Of a DNA stretch of 64,000 nt, positions 20,656 through 29,163 are shown in pieces. The stretch is from Candidatus Omnitrophota bacterium (GTDB lineage Bacteria; Omnitrophota; Gorgyraeia; Zapsychrales; Fredricksoniimonadaceae). The translations under genes and the position numbers were made by a program. Within the stretch, counting starts at the first letter, position 1. Every line of letters starts with the position of its first letter. The DNA lies in NCBI GenBank assembly GCA_903901225.1, contig CAIUQE010000006.1:15369-79368 (forward strand). The letters are read 5' to 3'. A model generated the notes under the pieces. That model was not told the origin of the DNA. It saw nothing but the letters and a program-made list of their open reading frames with translations, and did not search any database.

Positions 20656-21969
20656 CTATGGCCGGACGATCCGGGCCTTGATTTCTTCCACCAGCCGGTC
20701 TTTACCCACACGCGCCTGCGCGCCGGTGACCATGTCCTTGATGCTGACCTCGCCGCTCTTCATCTCTTCCTCACCGAGCACAAGAACGATCCCCGCGCCC
20801 AGCTTGTTCGCCTGTTCAAACTGTTTTTTGACCGGCCGCCCGACGCCAAAATCCATATCCGCGGCGATCCCCTGCCGGCGCAAAAGATCAACAATACCAA
20901 AAACATCGGCCGCGAATTCCGGTTTTCCGGCGACTACAAAAGCATCCAGAGAAACTTTGCCCGCGACTGACTTTCCCTGCGCTTCGAGCGCCAGAAGGAT
21001 GCGTTCGATCCCCAGCGCGAAACCTATGGCACCGACCGGTTCAGGAAAACGGCGGTCGCCGCCATCCAGCTGTTCGATCAAGCCATTATAACGGCCTCCG
21101 GCACCAAGCGCGTCCTGCGCGCCAAGCCCAGCGTAGGAAACCTCAAAGACCGTATGGGTATAATAATCCAAGCCCCGCACCAGATGGGGCGAAACTTCAT
21201 AAATGACACCCAGTTGATCCAGGCCCTGCTTCACCTGCTCGAAATACGCGCGTCCGCTGTCCGACAAATGCCGAGTCCCGATATCAAGCCCCTGGATCAG
21301 ATCCCGGCAAGCCTGGTCCTTGGAATCCAGCAAGCGAAACACATTGCGTTCATACTGCCCCTTGCACTCATCGCTCAAATGGTCGATCTTACCTTCCAGA
21401 GCAGAGCGCAACCATTGCGCGAAATTCTTCTTGTCCTCGGCGCTTCCCAAACTATTGATCTTGAGCTTAAAGTCACTGACACCGAATGCTTTAAGAAGGC
21501 TCACGCTTAAAGCTATCATCTCCGCGTCGAGCAAGGGATGATTGGCCCCGCGGCCAATGGCTTCCGCGCCGATCTGATGGAACTGGCGCAGCCGCCCTTT
21601 TTGGGGCCGTTCACCCCGGAACATCGGAGCTATATAAAAGAACTTGGAAAGGAACGCTTCGCGGCCGATGTCATACTGGTTATACGCCCGGACCACCGGC
21701 GCTGTGCCCTCGGGCCGCAACGCAAACTGGGCGTCTTCAGCAGCATTGGTGACACGCTGGCTTTTAACCTCAAGGAGCTGTTTGTTGACGACTTCCGTCG
21801 TCTCACCCAAAGACCGCTTGAACAAGCCCGTTTCTTCAAAAACAGGCGTGCGTATCTCGCTATAATTGTATGCTTTGAAAAGCGACCTGGAGATCTGTTC
21901 GATATTTTGCCATGCGGCGATCTGGTCAGGAAGGATATCGCTGGTGCCGCGGGGAGCTGATATTTTCAC
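20656..21969 (-). CDS. hisS: Histidine--tRNA ligase
   Basis: LRPEGTA, FRGERPQKGR, LVRGLDYY, GGRY. Confidence 0.96.
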   Translation of the reverse strand: MKISAPRGTSDILPDQIAAWQNIEQISRSLFKAYNYSEIRTPVFEETGLFKRSLGETTEVVNKQLLEVKSQRVTNAAEDAQFALRPEGTAPVVRAYNQYDIGREAFLSKFFYIAPMFRGERPQKGRLRQFHQIGAEAIGRGANHPLLDAEMIALSVSLLKAFGVSDFKLKINSLGSAEDKKNFAQWLRSALEGKIDHLSDECKGQYERNVFRLLDSKDQACRDLIQGLDIGTRHLSDSGRAYFEQVKQGLDQLGVIYEVSPHLVRGLDYYTHTVFEVSYAGLGAQDALGAGGRYNGLIEQLDGGDRRFPEPVGAIGFALGIERILLALEAQGKSVAGKVSLDAFVVAGKPEFAADVFGIVDLLRRQGIAADMDFGVGRPVKKQFEQANKLGAGIVLVLGEEEMKSGEVSIKDMVTGAQARVGKDRLVEEIKARIVRP

Positions 21970-21970
21970 G

Positions 21971-22243
21971 TTATTTGATCTTCTGTTTCATCTCAAGACC
22001 GGGTTTGAACACGACCACGCGCCGGGGCGGGACCGGGACACTGGCGCCGGTGCGGGGATTACGGCCAAAACGCGCGCGGCGTTCCTTGATCTTGAAAACC
22101 CCGAAATTACGTAACTCTACCTTCTCGTTACGGTTCAGGCTCTCGACAATGACATCGAACGTTTTCTGGACGATCTTTTTCACGTCGACCTGCTTGATGC
22201 CGGTCATGTCCGTGATCTTGAGAACAATATCCTTTTTCGTCAT
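21971..22243 (-). CDS. HU/IHF family DNA-binding protein
   Basis: MTKKDIV...VELRNFGVF...GRNPRTG...FKPG. Confidence 0.93.
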   Translation of the reverse strand: MTKKDIVLKITDMTGIKQVDVKKIVQKTFDVIVESLNRNEKVELRNFGVFKIKERRARFGRNPRTGASVPVPPRRVVVFKPGLEMKQKIK

Positions 22244-22370
22244 AAGGCAAAACCTCCTCAAATTTTGTAACCATCGTACCAACAAGGCTTTAGAAAGTCA
22301 ACTATTATAAAAGACACCTGATCAGTAACGCTTCGGCAAAGATTTCGTGATCTAAAAACTCTATCAACTT

Positions 22371-25300
22371 TTACTTAACCATCAGAAATCCTTGCAAATC
22401 AACCAAAGGAACACTCGAAACAAGGACCGGCTCAAGTCCAAAAAGCCTTTCCTGAAAAACCGTGACTACGGCATCATTGACCTCAAACGACACCGCGCCG
22501 CTCGCGGCATCAACATGCAGATCGATCTTTTGAAGGTCAATACCGCCATAACTCTCCGCATTATCCTGACCCTGCTCAACTTTCGTGAATGTGACCGTCG
22601 AAGATTGACTGCCAAGACTCTGTCCCCATGCTTCATCGCCATGAGCTACAAAAATCTGTTTGAGACGACTTACCCCTTGAGGAATAACCAACGCCACTTC
22701 GACCTTATTATTCACAACATTCACTGTTTTCTTGATCCTGGGATTATCGTCTGGATTTTCATCGTCCACCAGCAAACCTACCAACACTTTTTGGGCACCA
22801 TATACCGTTAATGATACCCTGATCTTTTGACCAGCTACAACAGGAATGCCCTTGTTCATATCCAGATCAAGATAGGAAGATTTCCAATTACTCCCCGAGG
22901 CTAACCCAGGATCCCTCCCACTCAACAGATCCTGATCGCTCACATTGCCGCCCTTTGTTGGCACGGCCAACAACCGATCACTCGCAGGTGTTTCTTGCAC
23001 TGTTCCTATGTCGCCTTGTGTGACAACTTGGGTGACAACAGAATATTCTTTCCCCAGAACCGCATTGTTAATAAAATCAGCTGCCCCCTTCGTATCAATA
23101 CCAATGGCGTCATAAGCAGCTCCGTAATTCTCACCCGTAAACGGATTAACGCGCAGAATAGGATAGAGGACCCAAGAACCAATCGTGCTGCCGCGTACAA
23201 CACCAGAAGGAAACGGTGTCTTCCATCCGTGACCGGTTTGAATGCCGGCTTCAGTGGCATAATAAGCGATCAACCCATCCCCATTCTGAAGTTTTCCAAA
23301 CGCGCTTTTAGCTTGTTTTAAAAGTTCTTCCGCGACGCCCTTATATAATTTAGCCGTTGACTCATCACCTGATGCCGCACAACGAATGGCAGCTTTCTGT
23401 ACTGCCATGATGACACCGCCTGTCCACTCCACGGTTCCCAGCGGATGAACACCTCCCCGTTGGGACGTCGCGAACGAAGAAAGAGGATCCGTAAAATCCA
23501 CCAGGGTTATGGTTTTCACTTCGCCACCCGGGATTGGAGCCGTCACACGCACTAGCGACTTGTTGAGCAACTTGTTGATCTCAGCCTTGAGTTGCGGTAG
23601 CGGCAACTCGTCTCCTACCCGACCCAATAAGGTCCAGGAATATGCATCCGTGGCGAAACTGCCCGGTGAATCATTGGCGCCGCGCAAAATAACGCCGGTT
23701 GAAGGGTTATAAAGATTATTGTAAAAATACGTTTTCCCCTTATCCGCCGCTTGCTTCCATTTTGGATCGCCATACGCTTTGTACAACGCGTAAAATAATG
23801 CCACGGCATCCATGTGCGGTTCCGTAATCACAAGCCCCGGACTCCGATCACCGTCCGTTACACCTCCCTCCGCATTCTGAAGCGACAAAAGAAGATCGCC
23901 CATGGCCAGCGCTAATGGCTGATATTTCTTCGCATCAACGTTCAAGGCCGACAAACCGATCCAGGCGTTGGGTCCCGGTGTCACCTGATACTCAAGCCCC
24001 GCCATACCTGTATTAATATTGACACCATTCATGAATCCCACTAATCCGTTGATGGGCTTGGCAAGGTTAGGATTAGACAAGCCGTTCATAAAGAAATCCA
24101 TAACTGTCCTGGCATAAGCGTCTTCTCCGGCATACTTGAAAGCACCCGCCTCAACGGCCAGATCATACGCATAAGCAATATTCTCCAATTGCGGCATGCC
24201 GACATGGCTCGGAATAAGCCTGGTATTCGGATCTTCCAGTGATTCCATTGCCCGGATAGCTTGCTTATTAAAATCACCCGCATTAACATCCTTCGCTACC
24301 TGCGTACAGCCCGAGGAAGTCAAAAAGACAGAAAGAACAACTAAAAATGAGATTTTCCGTACAAAACCAATACCGGCATCCAGTAACTTCTTCTGAAAAG
24401 CCCGTGTACCCGTTAATGTTGAAATGCCGGGTCCGATGGGAGAAGCATCAATAGTTTCAATGACCAATCCTGTATCAGGTGCCTTGACTGACTGCTTCCC
24501 GTCGATTTCTAGTTTGGGATGGATCGCCATACCGCCGGCAAAATACTTGCGGGGGATCGCCTCGCCAGTATACTGGTCTTTATCTTCCCGGATATAGTTG
24601 TAAACTCCCCGCTTGAAAGCTTCGACATAATTGTTATAAATATTTTCAACAGCCGCCGGATCACCATGCAACACACCTTCGATCTTGTTCTGGTCGGCAT
24701 AAGCACGTGCCAGCAGAGAATCCTTCAACCTTGTTTTGTACCATGTGGCCAGAATAAGCGCCCGATGGATCTGTCGCAGCGGTGCAAACTGGGCGCCTTC
24801 ATTCACTTCTTTCCTGATGACTGGAAGGATCGTCTGGCGCATGGTCTCGCGGGACATTTCCTGCGCTGGAGTACTGCCAGTGGATTGGCCATTCGCCTCC
24901 ATGAGCGCATGGTCACTGTCCAGCATGACATCCAATGAATCTTCCGTAATATAGACAGCACCGCCGTTCTCATAGACCTTGGCTTTCTTTGAAACGATCC
25001 ACACTTTGCTGAAAACATCCGTAGGAATATCAGTTGTACCAAAAAGATCGTACGCCCTTTCATAAACATTTTTCCAGAACACCTTACCCGTTTCGCCTTC
25101 CGGATATATCAAGGAAGATGAAACCTGCTTGAGAATATAGTCCTGCGATAATAACTCGCGGCCCATTTGCGTCCGCCCAAAATCCGGCATAACAATACGA
25201 TCATGCTCCAGAGGAGAAAGATTGACCCACATTTCATTCTCAGGGGTCGTCAGCGCCGCAAAAAAATACCGCACCAGATGATCGACCTCTTCTTGGCCAA

Positions 25301-25535
25301 CCACTTTGGACTCTCCAGGAGACAAAAGAAATTGGAAACGGAAAGGCTCTTTAGGATCGACCTTGAGACCCTGCAAACTTGCCGGGGTCATCGGCTGACT
25401 TAGTCCAACCATATTACCTGGCTCAGGCATCGGCGTCACTTGGGCCGCCCACTGGGCAAAGCCGGCCCCGGCAGTATTCAAAAGGAACGCGCACGCCACC
25501 AGCATGCTCACAATTTTCTTAAACAACTTGCCCAT
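22371..25535 (-). CDS. Carrier/cargo paralogue 2: signal peptide, conserved N-domain, internal lipoprotein-like signal, six-hairpin-glycosidase-like cargo with beta-sandwich, GGIDL tail
   Basis: 1054 aa from ATG 25535 (GAGG RBS); WVNLSPLEHDRI, MGRELLSQDYILKQ, IPRKYFAGG; cargo motifs AYAYDLA, GPNAWIGL, TEPHMDA, ATDAYSW, VEWTGG. Confidence 0.85.
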   Translation of the reverse strand: MGKLFKKIVSMLVACAFLLNTAGAGFAQWAAQVTPMPEPGNMVGLSQPMTPASLQGLKVDPKEPFRFQFLLSPGESKVVGQEEVDHLVRYFFAALTTPENEMWVNLSPLEHDRIVMPDFGRTQMGRELLSQDYILKQVSSSLIYPEGETGKVFWKNVYERAYDLFGTTDIPTDVFSKVWIVSKKAKVYENGGAVYITEDSLDVMLDSDHALMEANGQSTGSTPAQEMSRETMRQTILPVIRKEVNEGAQFAPLRQIHRALILATWYKTRLKDSLLARAYADQNKIEGVLHGDPAAVENIYNNYVEAFKRGVYNYIREDKDQYTGEAIPRKYFAGGMAIHPKLEIDGKQSVKAPDTGLVIETIDASPIGPGISTLTGTRAFQKKLLDAGIGFVRKISFLVVLSVFLTSSGCTQVAKDVNAGDFNKQAIRAMESLEDPNTRLIPSHVGMPQLENIAYAYDLAVEAGAFKYAGEDAYARTVMDFFMNGLSNPNLAKPINGLVGFMNGVNINTGMAGLEYQVTPGPNAWIGLSALNVDAKKYQPLALAMGDLLLSLQNAEGGVTDGDRSPGLVITEPHMDAVALFYALYKAYGDPKWKQAADKGKTYFYNNLYNPSTGVILRGANDSPGSFATDAYSWTLLGRVGDELPLPQLKAEINKLLNKSLVRVTAPIPGGEVKTITLVDFTDPLSSFATSQRGGVHPLGTVEWTGGVIMAVQKAAIRCAASGDESTAKLYKGVAEELLKQAKSAFGKLQNGDGLIAYYATEAGIQTGHGWKTPFPSGVVRGSTIGSWVLYPILRVNPFTGENYGAAYDAIGIDTKGAADFINNAVLGKEYSVVTQVVTQGDIGTVQETPASDRLLAVPTKGGNVSDQDLLSGRDPGLASGSNWKSSYLDLDMNKGIPVVAGQKIRVSLTVYGAQKVLVGLLVDDENPDDNPRIKKTVNVVNNKVEVALVIPQGVSRLKQIFVAHGDEAWGQSLGSQSSTVTFTKVEQGQDNAESYGGIDLQKIDLHVDAASGAVSFEVNDAVVTVFQERLFGLEPVLVSSVPLVDLQGFLMVK

Positions 25536-25573
25536 AGGAACCTCTCTTTGATAGCTTGACGTCACCAGTGCAA

Positions 25574-25603
25574 AGTATGCCACATATACCTTACTGCACG
25601 CAA
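25574..25603 (-). promoter_or_regulatory. Putative sigma70 promoter of paralogue 2
   Basis: TTGCGT-N18-CATACT with TGn extension, ~39 nt upstream of the ATG. Confidence 0.45.
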
Positions 25604-25763
25604 CTTTTTCAAAAAAGCTGAATGAAAGCTGAATTGACTCAAAAAAATAATTCCCATGGAAAATGGCCTCGTGAACTTTTTATACCCGCCTTATAAATCT
25701 ATTGCCGCAATGATCACATCCCGTTTTTTATGAAAAATCAAATTAAGTTCTCAGCTAGCATCT

Positions 25764-28748
25764 TTATTGATTAAACCCTAATAAAACAGGATCTGCCGAC
25801 TTGATCGCCAATATCACCGGAACAAGGCCGCTGATATGAATACGATCAAAATTTTGTTGGTTTACCGGCAACGGCACCCCATCCCCATCGCGCTTAATTT
25901 GCAAATCGAGATTGGCCTGAGACATATCAATACCACCGGGAGTAAGCTTTGCCCCATCACGAACAACCGGCATCATGTTCTGCGCAAAGTCAGCCAATGT
26001 TTCTTTAGCCAGCCTTGAAATCACTTGATCCGGCTCGCGGTCTGACTTTTTCAATGACTTTACAATATAAAATTTCATTGCATCATAAACTCCGGCGAAT
26101 CTCGCTGGCATAACAACACCTGTATAAACCAACCCCTGTAAGAATAACCATTTTGTCACTTTAAAAGCCTCGCGTTCCTCCCGCACACTCTTAACTGACA
26201 AACTCATTCCCACATTAACCGCTAGCCATAAGAAATAATTAGTGACCATAGCATTAAATGAAAACGCTTCAGAAGGCTTAATTGGCAGGCTTAATGTGAG
26301 GAAGACATATGCCATGAAATTAATTGCTGTCTGTAATGCCAAGATGTTGGGTGAATGAAACTGCTTCATATAAAATCCAAACTTGTCCACAAACACTTTT
26401 AACGTCCCCCGTTCCCATCTACGGCGCTGTTTAAACAATTCTTTAACAGTATTTGGAACCGTTGTTTGAACTTTTAACCCTGTGTAATATCCAACACGAT
26501 AGTTCTCTTCCATCAACTTGACAGTGATCAACAGATCACCCGTCTCAAAATCCGGCACCATATTCCGCAATGCATGAAGCAACACATCAGCGCGAAACAT
26601 CCCTGCAGGGCCATTGATAACCCACAATTTCCCCTGCTTAGCGGAAACACGATTCCAAAATCTCGTCCCAATATATTCAGCATACTGAGCTTTTTGTAAA
26701 ATAGATGGCTTCTCAGGTAGCAATGGTTCCATCCTAAACGTCATCCCCGCAATACCCTTGTCCTGCATATACGCCGAAGCCTGAGATATCATTTCCTGCA
26801 AAGACAATCCCGGCTTAACTAGGTTAAGATATGAATCAGAGTCAAGCAAGATGACCTTTTCTGGTAAACGCCCCTCCCGACTTAACATTTCTAGCACTTC
26901 ACGAATCGCACCTTCTTTCTTCTTATTCTCTCGCAAATGCATGACCTCGATTCCATCAGAGGCAACCCATCTATCTAATATCTCTTTTGAATTATCTGTG
27001 GAGGCATCATTTACAAAGGTAATTTTATGCAAATACCCTAATGATTTTATCCTAGTTAAAATTTCATCCAGCTTATTACCTTCATTGAACACCGGCACCA
27101 CGATATGGTAATTAGCTGGTAATGCATTCGGATAATAGGGAACATCTAAATTGACTGAATCCATGCCTTCAATATATTTAGAATCTCTTTCCAACTGCTG
27201 TGCAAGGTCAACGTTTAATGACTCACCAATTTCATGAAAAAGTAATAACTTCAGCATCTCATCCTGAAAAGACCTTGCTAACTCAGAAGCATCCTTATCC
27301 TGACCAATATCTTCTGACAACGGAACCAATAATTGCGCAGGAATTTCTATTACTTGTGGCTTCTTAACAATGGCCCCCTGCAAAGGGTTCACAACTTCGA
27401 TACCAGTAACTTTCTCCAAATCAATACCAGGCTGTTCTTTAAGCAACTCACCAAACGCTGCAGCAATAGACGGTCTAATGCCTTCAGATGACAATCGATG
27501 AACCTCTCCATTATACTGAAAGGATTCCGGATATTTAACTTCCAGTGCTTTCTCAACACCATTCTTTGTTGGTAGATTTATCATCAATCGATCTGGAGTC
27601 CTTCCGTACCCAGCGTCAACCATTACAACGGAAACATTATCCGCCTTCGCCATATCATTCTTTCCATCTACCGGAATACGATCAATTACACTCAATATCG
27701 ATGCATCACTTCCTAAAGCCTTGCCAACCCCAATCATACCGCCCGCGAAATACTTGCGTGGAATAGTCTCTTGCGTGTATCGGTCAACATCATCTTTAAT
27801 CATGTTGAAAACACCCATTTTAAATGCCTTAACATATTCCTCATATATGCGCTGATTATTTTTTGGATCCTGATCCACTCCCTTGACCTTACTCTTATCT
27901 GCATACAATTTACCCAGGATCGATTCTTTAAGAGCACGTTTATACCATGTTGCCAGAAGCATGCCACTGTAGACCTGACGCAATGGGGCAAAGTTACGGC
28001 CAGTATTCACTTCCTTTTCAATCTCTGGAATAATCACCCCGCGCATAACATCGTTAAAAATCTTTGCTGTCTCATTATCAGCCTGCGGGCTATCGTGCGT
28101 CTCATTGGCCTTCATTGCCTTATAATCACTTTCAAGCATAACCTTTAGATGATTCTCAATCACAAAAGCCTTGTTCCCTTTTTCATAGATCACAGCTCTA
28201 TCTGGCGTGATCCATACTTTATTGAACGTATCAGTCGGAATATCGGTTGTGCCAAATTTCTCATACGCTTTTGCATATACATCATCCCAAAACTTCCTGC
28301 CTAGATCCGTATCAGGATTACTTAGCGAAGCCGAAATCTGTTTAAGTAAATAATCCTGCGCCAAAAGATCGCGACCCATTTCAGTAAGGCCAAAGTTATC
28401 CGGCAATATACGATCATGTTCATACGGCGAAAGGTTCACCCACTGATCAGTGTCCGGCACCGCTAGTGCGGCCAGAAAATATTTGATAAGTTTTGAATAT
28501 TCTTCCTGTTTTTTATTCTCAGATAACAGATCATCACCACGATAAATAATAAAATCGAACTTGAAAGGATCCCCTGGATTAATAACCATGCCCTTCAAAT
28601 AGGCAGGAGTGAATAAAGAAGTCAACCCTACTGCAACCCCTGGCTGTGGCATCCACGGCATCTCAGAAGCCAGAGCTACAGGAACTCCTGGAAATAGTAA
28701 GGTTGGCAATAAAAGCACACTTGCTATCAATCGTTTTATTGCTTTCAT
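25764..28748 (-). CDS. Carrier/cargo paralogue 3: signal peptide, conserved N-domain, processive GT2 glycosyltransferase with TM helices, GGIDM tail
   Basis: 994 aa; [21 protein letters not shown]; GT2 motifs VVPVFNEG, NDASTD, LDSDS, GPAGMFR, QRRRW. Confidence 0.87.
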   Translation of the reverse strand: MKAIKRLIASVLLLPTLLFPGVPVALASEMPWMPQPGVAVGLTSLFTPAYLKGMVINPGDPFKFDFIIYRGDDLLSENKKQEEYSKLIKYFLAALAVPDTDQWVNLSPYEHDRILPDNFGLTEMGRDLLAQDYLLKQISASLSNPDTDLGRKFWDDVYAKAYEKFGTTDIPTDTFNKVWITPDRAVIYEKGNKAFVIENHLKVMLESDYKAMKANETHDSPQADNETAKIFNDVMRGVIIPEIEKEVNTGRNFAPLRQVYSGMLLATWYKRALKESILGKLYADKSKVKGVDQDPKNNQRIYEEYVKAFKMGVFNMIKDDVDRYTQETIPRKYFAGGMIGVGKALGSDASILSVIDRIPVDGKNDMAKADNVSVVMVDAGYGRTPDRLMINLPTKNGVEKALEVKYPESFQYNGEVHRLSSEGIRPSIAAAFGELLKEQPGIDLEKVTGIEVVNPLQGAIVKKPQVIEIPAQLLVPLSEDIGQDKDASELARSFQDEMLKLLLFHEIGESLNVDLAQQLERDSKYIEGMDSVNLDVPYYPNALPANYHIVVPVFNEGNKLDEILTRIKSLGYLHKITFVNDASTDNSKEILDRWVASDGIEVMHLRENKKKEGAIREVLEMLSREGRLPEKVILLDSDSYLNLVKPGLSLQEMISQASAYMQDKGIAGMTFRMEPLLPEKPSILQKAQYAEYIGTRFWNRVSAKQGKLWVINGPAGMFRADVLLHALRNMVPDFETGDLLITVKLMEENYRVGYYTGLKVQTTVPNTVKELFKQRRRWERGTLKVFVDKFGFYMKQFHSPNILALQTAINFMAYVFLTLSLPIKPSEAFSFNAMVTNYFLWLAVNVGMSLSVKSVREEREAFKVTKWLFLQGLVYTGVVMPARFAGVYDAMKFYIVKSLKKSDREPDQVISRLAKETLADFAQNMMPVVRDGAKLTPGGIDMSQANLDLQIKRDGDGVPLPVNQQNFDRIHISGLVPVILAIKSADPVLLGFNQ

Positions 28749-28823
28749 GATTCCTCGTTACTTAATAGTAAGTGCTATTTTCTGCCGTTCAACTGTGAAT
28801 AAAGACCACAACCCACCTTTATA

Positions 28824-28851
28824 AGTATGTACTCTATATACAAGAAAACAA
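28824..28851 (-). promoter_or_regulatory. Putative sigma70 promoter of paralogue 3
   Basis: TTGTTT-N16-CATACT on the minus strand, ~76 nt upstream of the ATG. Confidence 0.4.
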
Positions 28852-28938
28852 GATGCCAGCGCCCAAACCGGGAAAACGCTTTCTTGCCTGCAGATTTAAC
28901 GAATATTTGGAGGATGCCCTTGAACCAGGGCGCTTAAA

Positions 28939-29163
28939 CCCGGATTTTTCATTAGAAAAATCCGCCCCGTGAATTCACCTGCTCCAAATCGTTTTGAGAA
29001 GGTGAATTCAGGTCGCGTGGCAAATCCGACGAGGATTTGCCAGCTTTGCGAGGTAATCCTGGACTTTTGCCTGTCCTGGGCTGACGCACCCGACAGGCCA
29101 GGGCACGCACTTTTTAGTGCACAGTATTCTCGACGCTATTTTGAGAAGCGTGCAAAATCCGGG
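28939..29163. mobile_element. 225-bp MITE-like element (compound)
   Basis: Ends CCCGGATTTT...AAAATCCGGG; direct repeat TTAAA at 28934-28938 and 29164-29168; several internal hairpins; a second end-like motif CCTGGACTTTTGC at 29058. Confidence 0.75.

Noticed and set aside
25536-25583. Upstream extensions given by the ORF track (also for aspS, ybeY, coaX, gmhA, thiE and HU)
   Set aside because: Downstream ATGs have better RBS or family-typical N-termini; the extensions overlap promoters or neighbouring genes.
12131-28748. Classical polymorphic toxin-immunity loci or intein-containing genes
   Set aside because: No small downstream immunity ORFs, no RHS, haemagglutinin or Hint motifs, no C/S...HN splice junctions; the variable region is internal.
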